This document shows positions 41,601 through 49,579 of a stretch of 64,000 bases of DNA, one piece after another. The stretch is from Myxococcota bacterium. GTDB taxonomy: Bacteria; Myxococcota_A; UBA9160; SZUA-336. The notes beneath the pieces were generated by a model. That model did no database searches, was not told where the DNA came from, and saw nothing but the letters and a program-made list of their open reading frames with translations. Both the position numbers and the translations under genes were made by a program. Within the stretch, counting starts at the first letter, position 1. Every line of letters starts with the position of its first letter. The stretch spans positions 1,056,001-1,120,000 of the forward strand of contig CBDFGR010000002.1 of assembly GCA_965247115.1 (NCBI GenBank), read 5' to 3'.

Positions 41601-43166
41601 TGTATACGTATCCATATCCGTATCCGAGCTCACCGTCAGGTCGTCGTCACTCCCATGGTCCGAGGTCGCCTCGACCGTGACATCGTACAGTGGCTTGGTG
41701 CCAAGCCTCACCGTGTAGGTCGCCGAGCCGCCTTCCGGCACCGACAGTGTCGTCGGCGAGACCGTCACCCCGATCGAGTCGTTGTCGTCCTCTATTGCCC
41801 TGACGCGGGGGGCCCCAATGCCGTCATAGGGGCTGTCGACGGAGCTGGTCACAGAATGCGAAAAGAAGCCATTGCCATCGCTCCCGTCCTCGTCCTCGGC
41901 CGCTGAGATTCTTACCGTCTGCGGCTCCGACCAGTCCGAGTCCGTGAAGGTCAACGTTACCGGGTCTGCCGTCAGATGCGGGTCGGAGTTTTCCATTGCC
42001 ATCACCGTGATCGTGACATTTTCCCCCGGCCGGGTGTCGAGCACCACCGTGTATTGCGCCGAGCCGCCCTCTCGCACCGTCAGTATCTGCGGCAAGATCC
42101 TCACCGTGGGGACCGGCTCCACCACCGGAAAGACGATCATCACGTTGGCGGTGTTGCCGAAGTCGTCGGTGACCGTCACGGTCGCCGTATGCGTGCTGTT
42201 GTTGATTTCCGCCGGGGCGCCGGTGATGAAACCCCCCTCCTGAGTTACCGCCAGTGGCAGCGGCAGAGAGTCGCTCTCGTAGAAAAAGATATCCGTATCG
42301 TCAGTGGTCGGACTCATCGTAGAGATCGGTTTGCCCACAAACAGACGCGATGGCGCCGTGTAACTCACCATTGGCGCCACCAAATCCACCGGCAGCGTCC
42401 GCGTAACCGTCTTATCCTCATAACCGCTCAAGGTTGCCTCCACCTCAAGCGACAGGCTCGTTCCGGTAATGTAGCTCTCATTGCTTTCCACAGTCACCGA
42501 CCACCGCGCGGTCGTCTCCCCGCCCGGGATCGCGGAGGTCGTGTTCCACGTCTGCGTGCCGAGGGTCACCTTGACAGCAACGCCGTCGATTATGTCGGTC
42601 TGCCCGCTGATGGTGAAGCCGCTCTTCTTCTCCTCAATATTGATCTTGTCGTCGCCCGCGATGTCGTCGTCCACGCTCAGCGGCAGCGTCAAATTCACGT
42701 CAAAGTTTGCTGTACCCGTCTCGTTTCCCCCGACGAAATTAGCCTCCACGGTTACGGTCTGGCCATTTCCGTCAGTAATGTAGTCCTGATCGGGCGGCAC
42801 GGTCACCGACCACTCCCCGTCGCTGTCCGATGTCTCGTTCAGCGATCCCGTGCCGATGGTCACCGTGACAGGTATGCCGGCTGCATCCATTTCAACTCCA
42901 CCTACAACCTGTTTAGTGGTGCCAGCGATGACGAACCCGGCCCACTTCTCCGAGGCGTCGACCTCGCCATCGGTCGCAATCGAGGTAATGGCCACTGTTT
43001 GCTGCGCGAAGGCCGCGGTCGGACAGGCCAGCCAGACCAAACAGGCAACGACGGCGAAAACGCCTGCACGCCCCCAGCCGCCACGGCGGTGCTTGGGGGG
43101 ATCCCAACCTTCCGGGATCTGTGCCGCCCATTCAGGCAGTTCATCACTGCGCGCGAAGTAACTCAT
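38670..43166 (-). CDS. Large surface adhesin with Ig-like/Calx-beta-like repeats and autotransporter-like beta-barrel
   Basis: Signal peptide ending AAFA-QQ; T/V/D/E-rich repeats (YTVxLxTxP...FTxSxW); C-terminal amphipathic strands ending in F. Confidence 0.82.
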   Translation of the reverse strand: MSYFARSDELPEWAAQIPEGWDPPKHRRGGWGRAGVFAVVACLVWLACPTAAFAQQTVAITSIATDGEVDASEKWAGFVIAGTTKQVVGGVEMDAAGIPVTVTIGTGSLNETSDSDGEWSVTVPPDQDYITDGNGQTVTVEANFVGGNETGTANFDVNLTLPLSVDDDIAGDDKINIEEKKSGFTISGQTDIIDGVAVKVTLGTQTWNTTSAIPGGETTARWSVTVESNESYITGTSLSLEVEATLSGYEDKTVTRTLPVDLVAPMVSYTAPSRLFVGKPISTMSPTTDDTDIFFYESDSLPLPLAVTQEGGFITGAPAEINNSTHTATVTVTDDFGNTANVMIVFPVVEPVPTVRILPQILTVREGGSAQYTVVLDTRPGENVTITVMAMENSDPHLTADPVTLTFTDSDWSEPQTVRISAAEDEDGSDGNGFFSHSVTSSVDSPYDGIGAPRVRAIEDDNDSIGVTVSPTTLSVPEGGSATYTVRLGTKPLYDVTVEATSDHGSDDDLTVSSDTDMDTYTDSVTLTFTNSNWNAEQTVTVSAAEDDADEVDGVAIFSHSTASNDEDYYPIDVDPVTATEADNEKVVTVAIQTDVSAPVDGAFEVTITFSEPVTGFERSEIAVTNGSVTDFSGSGTTYKAEITPSKNGEVIVEVGANVVEYGVGNGNQAAELLVIEAELDLLVSYQEESYTAREGGEMVAVTVKLSQGWDEELAIPIRVTRPEATEVADYTLDGLEEWDAQEGTGRLTFPAEETEQTFTIEANHDGDEDDETVELGFGELPEIVMAGQPAVATVVLKDKGLVELKVSFRKAEYEIGEGEQADIEVKVAPTADRRVEVPLVVAPKGGATDEDYSGVPAKVVFEEGASEGTISVEVLADEVNDPGEGIVLSFGELPEAVSGGEISQTTVNFRQQRTAEQFSQTLEAALAVMARSMGESAQTVIQGRFERYRQWSRLRAAGAAQPGSDNGAAAASPGESQRIGSESLEGSGRRRAEGPVVQSAGGEAGATATMGSSGESGDRESGMQGAWLQNASLGGLTGLFGHGQGDAGVSTGSGMGPSGTGPTVGLGGQPGYGQDRFQGSGTRNSSLRSGSGEYSGRRNRELNLAGVSFELPLAGQQKGTSRSWVPALWGQGDLQRFNGNLTRYEMSYRGGLEAAHVGLDLYANDEVLAGLSFMRSWGNMDYSDDGIDGTLGSRMNTFHPYLYWQPTERVSVWGMGGLGRGRVDVNEPGRSHNFEADFRMFSGGVRAVLWKRGSNEMGLRADAFTAQLGTEVSEDIAKVRGEAHRARLMLEWVHTKQLSAGRSLSLKVEAGGRFDGGDAERGSGAETGFRLGYLDANSGLDVAILGRVLVVHKSDYRDWGVGVQASWDPGEKQRGFRASVTSTRGQDGGGRTTLWNNANTVTRPPGMGAMGMGSQSRMESEVAYGGLRVLGLPGALTPYSRLRWTGYGRELAMGTQWSLPLRSQLALPLMLELEVMRRKNRTGPADLAVLGRMSITF

Positions 43167-43867
43167 GACAGTGGCGTCGGCCAGACCGTCACCCCGGCTT
43201 GGGTTCTGAGCTCCGGCGTGGCGTTCACGCTGGATGGCTCACTGATGTCCAGAGTGCCTTGCACCGCCACCACCGTGAAGGTGTATCCAGTGCCGTTGGT
43301 CAACCCTAGAATGGTAGTGGTCGTCTTCAGCCCCACCGTGGCCGAGATCAGCGAAGACTCAACGAACGTGTTGGGGCTGGTGACCTCAGTGTCGACCCGG
43401 TAAGTGGCAACCTCGGGATTCGTGTCCCACTCCAAGTCGACCCGGCTGAAGTTCGAGTAAGGCTTCAAATTGGTCGGCGCGGCAAACAGCGGCGTGAAGG
43501 TCTCTTCGGCTGGAGGGCTCTCTGTGTTAACGTTCACCGCACGCAACTGGAATTTGTATGTGATGCCGTAGGTCAGGCCGGTAAGGAGGAACGAGGTGGT
43601 GTTCGCGTCGCTACCGGGTATTACGGTCCAGTCCGGCTCCCACATGGCGCCGTCGTTGGTGGAGAGGCGGTATTGGTAATGCGTGATCTCGTTCTCTTCG
43701 GGCGCGAGGTTCCAGGTGAACGTTCTCGAGGCGCCCGAGTCCGCGTCGCCGTCGGTGGAGTCGAGGTTCGTGGGCGGGCCGAGCTGAACCAGTGCGATCC
43801 CGGGGAGCAGCACCAGGGTGGCGGAGAACGCCACGCTCGTCACCAATCGACTACAGCTTGAGGACAT
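43163..43867 (-). CDS. Fibronectin type III repeat protein, probably C-terminally truncated
   Basis: Two FN3-like units (ITHYQYR...LTGLTYGITYKFQLRAVN; GLTNGTGYTFTVVAV) after a signal-like segment. Confidence 0.75.
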   Translation of the reverse strand: MSSSCSRLVTSVAFSATLVLLPGIALVQLGPPTNLDSTDGDADSGASRTFTWNLAPEENEITHYQYRLSTNDGAMWEPDWTVIPGSDANTTSFLLTGLTYGITYKFQLRAVNVNTESPPAEETFTPLFAAPTNLKPYSNFSRVDLEWDTNPEVATYRVDTEVTSPNTFVESSLISATVGLKTTTTILGLTNGTGYTFTVVAVQGTLDISEPSSVNATPELRTQAGVTVWPTPLS

Positions 43868-44044
43868 TGATCAAATCTGGAGAGGGCTTTCGAGTTCGTG
43901 AAGGCAAACAGGGCCGTTCATTGAGGGGCTGCGATCTGCTGGTGTTCCCCCCGGGGAGTATTGTGCATCATTCGGGACTCCCTGTTCTCAGTTTCATTTT
44001 GCTCGGTGGGCTACCATCGGAGATCATCGTCGGCGGCCTTCACC

Positions 44045-44476
44045 TGTAGGCCGTGAGCCGAGTTTGGACAGATGGGGTCGATGATCTAAGAGAGGGTTCC
44101 GGGCTCGCTGGAGCAAGGAGTTTCTGGAGGCGGGCAAGAAGCGCCTGCTGGGAGATACGCAGCGAGAGGCGAGCTCGAGTGAGGTCCACGATCTGCGCAA
44201 GGAGAACGCCCGGCTCAAGGAGCGGGTGGCCGAGACGGTAATCGAGAACCGTCTGCTCAAAAAAAGCGGGACGGGCTCCGATTTGCCCGAGGACGAGGCG
44301 TGAGGGGGAGCGCCTCGGAGAAGCTCGAGCGGATCCGCCTGGTGGAGGGCTCTTCGCTTTCGATCCGGCGCACGCTGACCGAGATCGGGCTGCCGCACTC
44401 GACGTTTTCCGCCTGGTACAAGCGCTACCTGGAAGGCGGACCGGAGGCGCTCGAAGACCGCAAGCCACGCCTCTGG
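44045..44476 (+). mobile_element. Second relic of the same IS (left end, orfA 3' part, orfB start)
   Basis: First about 225 bp nearly identical to 38285-38509; continues SASEKLERIRLVEGSSLSIRRTL...WYKRYLEGG. Confidence 0.82.
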
Positions 44477-44721
44477 AGTTCGAAGCGCGACTTCCAGTTC
44501 ATCGCCGGTCTCCCCCGCGAGGCCCAAATCGTTAGAATGGCGACCCTGAAACGTCGTGGCAGCGGAGCGGCTGACCCCTCGCAGTTCCACGGCTGGCCGC
44601 TCTCAGCTGCAGCATGGCGGCTGGCGAAAGTAGTGTGACGTATGTGTGCCAGTCGGTCGGGCGAAGGTGCGGAATGCTCGGCCCCAAACCCACACATTCG
44701 CGGCCGTTCTAAGGTGCTGAT

Positions 44722-44773
44722 CGGATTGTGGTGGTTCCGGAAGTCGGGGGTTCAAATCCCCTCGCCCACCCCA
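44722..44773 (+). other. 3' half of tRNA-His(GTG), att-like remnant
   Basis: CGGATTGTGGTGGTTCCGG-AAGTC-GGGGGTTCAAATCCCCTC-GCCCACC-CCA; no D arm or 5' acceptor strand; 3 extra nt in the anticodon loop. Confidence 0.8.
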
Positions 44774-44798
44774 GCATCCCCTGCGTCTCCTTGTCGAG

Positions 44799-45332
44799 CT
44801 ACCGGATTTCGAGCGACTCGAACTCCTGATCTCTCATGCTCACGTGGACAGGCGGGAGTGGCCAGTCGATTCCAAAAGCCGGGGACGCGTAGTGGTAGCC
44901 ATGGGACGCCTCGGGAACGTAGGGAGTGGACATGTGGTAGAGGACCTCGCTCTCCGGCTTCAGGGTCTGAAAGCCGTGAGCGAATCCCCGTGGGATGTAC
45001 AACTGCCGGCGATTTTCCGCAGACAACTCGGTAGCATACGACTGGAAACGCGTACTTGAGCCCGCGCGCAGATCCACGATCACATCAAAAATCCGACCCT
45101 GTGTACAGCGAACCAACCGCGCCTCTTCGTAGGGGGCACTCTGAAAGTGCATTCCCCGGAGCGTTCCGCGCTCTCGGTTGAACGAGATGCTGCTCTGCAC
45201 GACTGCCGGCTCGAGTCCGTTCTTCACGAATTCCTCGGCGCAGAAGGTTCTCGCAAGGAAGCCTCGCTCATCGGTGTGCGCCTCAACCTCGAGCACGAAG
45301 GCCCCCGACAGCGAGGTCTGTTCGAACCGCAT
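44799..45332 (-). CDS. rfbC: dTDP-4-dehydrorhamnose 3,5-epimerase family protein
   Basis: DERGFLAR, GTLRGMHFQ, DVIVDLR and GFAHGFQTL motifs. Confidence 0.93.
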   Translation of the reverse strand: MRFEQTSLSGAFVLEVEAHTDERGFLARTFCAEEFVKNGLEPAVVQSSISFNRERGTLRGMHFQSAPYEEARLVRCTQGRIFDVIVDLRAGSSTRFQSYATELSAENRRQLYIPRGFAHGFQTLKPESEVLYHMSTPYVPEASHGYHYASPAFGIDWPLPPVHVSMRDQEFESLEIR

Positions 45333-45403
45333 CGATCCTCCCGGCTTGACGCCGATCTGCCGGGTGAATCATAACGTCTACTCGACTACTTGAGAGGAGC
45401 TGC

Positions 45404-46174
45404 ATGAAGGTCGTTGTACTTGCAGGAGGGCTGGGGACTCGGCTGTCGGAGGAGACGGGACGCCGCCCCAAGCCCTTGGTGGAGATCGGCGGCCGTCCCT
45501 TGCTCTGGCACCTGCTGAACTACTACGCCAGCTTCGGGCATGACGAGTTCTGTGTCGCCCTCGGCTACAAGGGCTGGATGATCAAGGAGTACTTCCTGAA
45601 TTACGCACTCTTGGCTGCGCCCGAGCTCAGCGTCGAGCTGGGATCAAAGAAGGTTTCGACACGGGGAGGGCACGGCGAGGACTGGAAGGTGCACCTGATC
45701 GACACAGGCGAAGAGACGATGACCGGTGGACGCTTGCGACGCCTGCGCTCGCGGCTCGAAGGCGAGACTTTCATGCTCACATACGGTGATGGCCTCTCAA
45801 ACGTAGACCTGGACGCGCTCCTTGAGTTTCACCGCTCACACGGGAAGCTCGCCACGGTCACGGCCGTTCGTCCGCCCGCCCGTTTCGGGGATCTCCTGAT
45901 CGACGGCGATCGAGTAGTGGAATTTGTCGAAAAGCCCACCGCGGGGGAGGGTTGGATCAACGGGGGCTTCTTCGTCTTCGAGCCACCGGTCATCGACTAC
46001 GTCGAGGGCGACGGCACTTCTCTGGAACAGGAGCCATTGAGGGCCCTTGCCCGCGACGGACAGCTCCATGCTTACCATCATCCCGGCTTCTGGCAGTGTG
46101 TTGACACGCTACGCGAGCTGCGCATCCTCGAGCAGCTCTGGGAGAAGGGCTCTCCCCCCTGGTCGGGCCGGTGA
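45404..46174 (+). CDS. rfbF: Glucose-1-phosphate cytidylyltransferase
   Basis: LAGGLGTRLSEET..PKP, TMTGGRL, LTYGDG, WINGGFF and FWQCVDTLRE motifs. Confidence 0.94.
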   Translation: MKVVVLAGGLGTRLSEETGRRPKPLVEIGGRPLLWHLLNYYASFGHDEFCVALGYKGWMIKEYFLNYALLAAPELSVELGSKKVSTRGGHGEDWKVHLIDTGEETMTGGRLRRLRSRLEGETFMLTYGDGLSNVDLDALLEFHRSHGKLATVTAVRPPARFGDLLIDGDRVVEFVEKPTAGEGWINGGFFVFEPPVIDYVEGDGTSLEQEPLRALARDGQLHAYHHPGFWQCVDTLRELRILEQLWEKGSPPWSGR

Positions 46175-46400
46175 ACTCGGACGAAAGGAGCGTTCTCGCC
46201 ACCGGGGCGACCGGCATGGTCGAGTCGTGGCTTTGCTAGTCCGAGGTGAGGACTTCAACTTCAGGCTCGTGTCGCGGTCAACAGAGATCGTGGATCAGAT
46301 CTCCTACGCGATGAAGCGCGATCTCCAGCCTGTGGTGCTCGATCAAGCGAAGCTCGAGCTCCGTAGTCAGTCGCTCAGCTCGGCCAAGGCCCCCTGGTAC
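46171..46400 (+). pseudogene. Heavily deleted NDP-sugar 4,6-dehydratase (RfbG-like) remnant
   Basis: VLATGATGMVESWL then stop (decayed Rossmann start), followed by GEDFNF and LQPVVLDQAKLELRSQSLSSAKA C-terminal-like pieces. Confidence 0.65.
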
Positions 46401-46414
46401 CGGAACTACCTGAC

Positions 46415-47644
46415 GTGAATCCCATCGAGATCTGCCGCTCCTGCGGCTCCCCCGATCTAGAGATAGTGCTGGCGCTCGGTCCGATGCCTTTGGCCAACGC
46501 GCTTCTTCCACCAGATCAACTCGACAGCCCCGAGCCCCGACCCGCATTGACCTTCGCGATCTGCTCCCGGTGCTCGCTCGCGCAGATCCTGGAGAACGTC
46601 TCCCCCGAGGAGTTGTTCTCCAACTATGTCTACTTCTCGAGCTACTCGGACACCATGCGGAAGCATGCGAAGGACAGCGCCGACGAGCTGATCGCTTCCC
46701 GTCGGCTCGGCTCCCGGAGCCTGGTCATCGAGGTCGCGAGCAACGATGGGTACCAACTCAGGCACTTCAAACAGGCGGGGGTGCCCGTGCTTGGCATCGA
46801 GCCCGCCAGGAACGTTGCAGAGGTGGCCGTTGGGAATGGAATCCCGACCCGAGTCGAGTTCTTCGGCGACGTCCTCGCAGGTGAGTTGGTGAAAGAAGGG
46901 ATCCGCGCCGACGTGCTGCTCGCCTACAACGTGCTCGCCCACGTGCCCGACCTGAACGGCTTCGTCTCCGGAATCCAGCGCGTGCTCAAGCCTGATGGTG
47001 TCGCCGTGATCGAGGTGCCCGACGTCAGCAACCTGCTCGGGAGCTGTGAATTCGACACGATCTACCACGAGCACATGTGCTACTTCTCATTGACTGCACT
47101 CGGTCCGCTCTTTGCCCGTCACGACCTCGAGGTCTACCGTGTGGACCAGATCCCCCTGCACGGAGGATCATTGCGCTTCTACTCGGCGAACAAGGGACGC
47201 AAGAGTCCGGAGAGCAGCGTGGCGCGCGTCCTCGCGTCGGAGTCGACGGCGGGGCTCGCGGACCTGAGCGCGTACACAGGCTTCGCAAAGCGCGTGGAGA
47301 CCCTTCGAGTCGAGCTCGTCGGCCAGATCGATGCTCTCATCGCTGAGGGAAAGACGCTTGCGGCCTACGGAGCGGCCGCCAAGGGCGCGACTCTGCTCAA
47401 TTACTTCGGCCTCGACTCTGGACGGATCGCATTCGCAGCAGACCGGAGCCCTCACAAACAGGGACTCTACATGCCCGGTGTTCAAATCCCGATCATCGCT
47501 GCAGAGGAGCTCGCCAAAAGGCGTCCCGACTACTGCTTGCTCCTGGCGTGGAACTTCGCAGAGGAAATTCTGGAGCAGCAAGCCTCATACAGGGCAGCTG
47601 GAGGTCGCTTCATCATTCCGCTTCCCCAGCTGCGGGTCGTCTAG
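46415..47644 (+). CDS. NDP-hexose C-methyltransferase family protein
   Basis: CRSCGS...CSRC zinc site, EVASNDG, FDTIYHEH, HGGSLR, YGAAAKG and LAWNF motifs. Confidence 0.92.
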   Translation: MNPIEICRSCGSPDLEIVLALGPMPLANALLPPDQLDSPEPRPALTFAICSRCSLAQILENVSPEELFSNYVYFSSYSDTMRKHAKDSADELIASRRLGSRSLVIEVASNDGYQLRHFKQAGVPVLGIEPARNVAEVAVGNGIPTRVEFFGDVLAGELVKEGIRADVLLAYNVLAHVPDLNGFVSGIQRVLKPDGVAVIEVPDVSNLLGSCEFDTIYHEHMCYFSLTALGPLFARHDLEVYRVDQIPLHGGSLRFYSANKGRKSPESSVARVLASESTAGLADLSAYTGFAKRVETLRVELVGQIDALIAEGKTLAAYGAAAKGATLLNYFGLDSGRIAFAADRSPHKQGLYMPGVQIPIIAAEELAKRRPDYCLLLAWNFAEEILEQQASYRAAGGRFIIPLPQLRVV

Positions 47645-48561
47645 CTCTCGAGGCTCTTGCGGAGCCACTCGACTGTATCTGCGAGCCCCGATTCCAGGCT
47701 GTGGGAGGGCTGCCAGCCAGTGCTTCGGAGCTTGCGAGCATTGGCGACGATCATCGGTGGCTCGTTCGGGTCCGTATCGACCGCGCCGAACTCCAGGTCG
47801 CGGGGGCCCCGACCCGTGAGAGTCGCCAGGGTCTCGATGACGCGCCGCAGACGTACTGGCTCACCGGTACCAACGTTCACAGTCCCAGACAGACCCGTGT
47901 CTCCGAGCGCGACAAGGGCTGAAGCGCAGTCGGCTACGTGGACGAAGTCCCGGATCTGGTTGCCGTGGGAGCACCGGGCGCGCTCGCCACGGAGCAGAGC
48001 GAGCACGACGGAGGGAATTAGGCGCGTGCGCGGCTCGCCGGGACCAAACGGAAAGAAGAACCGAGCCCAGGTGAAATTCGTGTCGACCACCTCGCCATAG
48101 GCCAAAATGGCCTCGCGGGCCGCGTTCTTCGTCGTGCCGTAGAAGCTGCTCGGCTCGGATGGCGTGCTGTCCTCACTGAGGAAGCCGTGCTGCCACGCAT
48201 ACTCCGCGCAGGTCCCCACAGCAACGACGTGCGCACAGCCGAGGTCGGCGAGGATTCGCGCCAAGTCGAGCGTCATGCTCACACAGCTCAGGTTCTCGGG
48301 CGCAGACCAAAAGCGCTGCGGCTCAACGTACCACGCCAGGTGGAACGCACGTTCCGGCCTCAGCTCGCGCAGCTGCGATTCGTACGTCTCTGGGTGCTCG
48401 AGATCAGCCTCGATCACCTTCACGCCCCCGAGGTAGTCATCCACCTTGAGCGTAGACTCTCCGGGGCGGATGATTGCAGAGACCTCCGCGCCTCTGGATA
48501 CGAGCAGCCGGCCGAGGTGAGAGCCGACGAAGCCCGTCATCCCTGTCAGGAGTATGCGCAT
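47641..48561 (-). CDS. NAD-dependent epimerase/reductase
   Basis: TGMTGFVG, HLAW, GTCAEY, YGTTK and RDFVHV motifs. Confidence 0.92.
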   Translation of the reverse strand: MRILLTGMTGFVGSHLGRLLVSRGAEVSAIIRPGESTLKVDDYLGGVKVIEADLEHPETYESQLRELRPERAFHLAWYVEPQRFWSAPENLSCVSMTLDLARILADLGCAHVVAVGTCAEYAWQHGFLSEDSTPSEPSSFYGTTKNAAREAILAYGEVVDTNFTWARFFFPFGPGEPRTRLIPSVVLALLRGERARCSHGNQIRDFVHVADCASALVALGDTGLSGTVNVGTGEPVRLRRVIETLATLTGRGPRDLEFGAVDTDPNEPPMIVANARKLRSTGWQPSHSLESGLADTVEWLRKSLES

Positions 48562-48564
48562 CGC

Positions 48565-49329
48565 TCATCCAACGCGACGCAGATACCCATCAGGCCAGTA
48601 GGTCACCCGCTTCTCGACATTGCCCTCGTTGAAGCGAAACGTCGGCTCCTCGCGCGCGAACTCGGGATGTCGCGAAAGGAAGTCCTGAATGGCCTCGAGT
48701 GGATTGTTCCAGCTCCAGTCCGAGGCGCTTCTCGGGGAGCCAGCGACCTGAGCCATACAACCGTCCTGAACAACGACGTACGAGCCGCTCGTAACCATTG
48801 GAGAGTAGGCGGCCAGCTCCGCCAGAACGTGCTCGCGCGTGTGCTTTGAGTCGAGGATGACGATGACCTTCTCCGCGTCCCCGACCTCGACGCGCACCCG
48901 ATCGACAACTTCGGGATCGATCGAGGAACCCTCGATCAGCGAAATCAGCGACGATAGTCTGTGCTCCTCGATCGCCCTTCGGTTGTGTGGGCGAATCTCG
49001 ACGTCGATGCCAACGACGCGGCCTCGGCCCAAGGCCTTGCAGAGCGAGGCGTAGAACACGAGCGAGCCCCCGTGAGCGACACCGGTCTCCACGATCACGT
49101 CCGGTTCTACCTCGCAGATCACCTCCTGGACGCGGAGGATATCCTCCGGCATCTGGATCAGGGGGCGTCCAAGCCAGGTGAAGCTGTAGACGTACTTGTT
49201 GTCCCAGCCCACGCGGAGCCAGGCGTCCGAGACGACCTCGAAGGCCTCGCTGGAGTCCATCGGATACGACCTGGTTCCACCCTCGCCCTCGACGGTAACC
49301 AGGCCTTTTTCGGGGTCGATGTGGATCAC
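48565..49329 (-). CDS. CmcI/cephalosporin hydroxylase family (sugar O-methyltransferase-like)
   Basis: YSFTWLGRPLIQMPED, VETGVAHGGS and ILDSKHTREHVLAEL motifs. Confidence 0.9.
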   Translation of the reverse strand: MIHIDPEKGLVTVEGEGGTRSYPMDSSEAFEVVSDAWLRVGWDNKYVYSFTWLGRPLIQMPEDILRVQEVICEVEPDVIVETGVAHGGSLVFYASLCKALGRGRVVGIDVEIRPHNRRAIEEHRLSSLISLIEGSSIDPEVVDRVRVEVGDAEKVIVILDSKHTREHVLAELAAYSPMVTSGSYVVVQDGCMAQVAGSPRSASDWSWNNPLEAIQDFLSRHPEFAREEPTFRFNEGNVEKRVTYWPDGYLRRVG

Positions 49330-49579
49330 GGACGAGCAGTATGGGCAACTCGGGCCGTTGCGTCGAGGAGCGCCGCGCGATCACCGGGAGCTGGTAAGAT
49401 CGGCGAGGTGCTCGATCGCTCCGGTTCAACGCCTCACTCTCGCGAAACGAAAGTAAGGTCTCGTGCTCGAGCCTTCCCCGACTTTCACTTCATGCCACTC
49501 GCGGACGGGCTAGCGGATGTGTACGCCCGGATGTCCAACGCTTACACCTAAGGACTGGCTTCACACCTAGGGACTGGCC

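Larger units (their letters stand above)
23653..44773. mobile_element. Degenerate mosaic genomic island
   Basis: Begins right after tRNA-Phe and ends at a tRNA-His 3' fragment; many gene fragments, IS relics and repeats, heterogeneous codon style; no intact integrase seen. Confidence 0.7.

Noticed and set aside
38670..43867. Diversity-generating retroelement targeting the adhesin
   Set aside because: No reverse transcriptase and no template/variable repeat pair noticed.
44722..44773. Functional tRNA-His
   Set aside because: Lacks the 5' acceptor strand and D arm; anticodon loop is enlarged.
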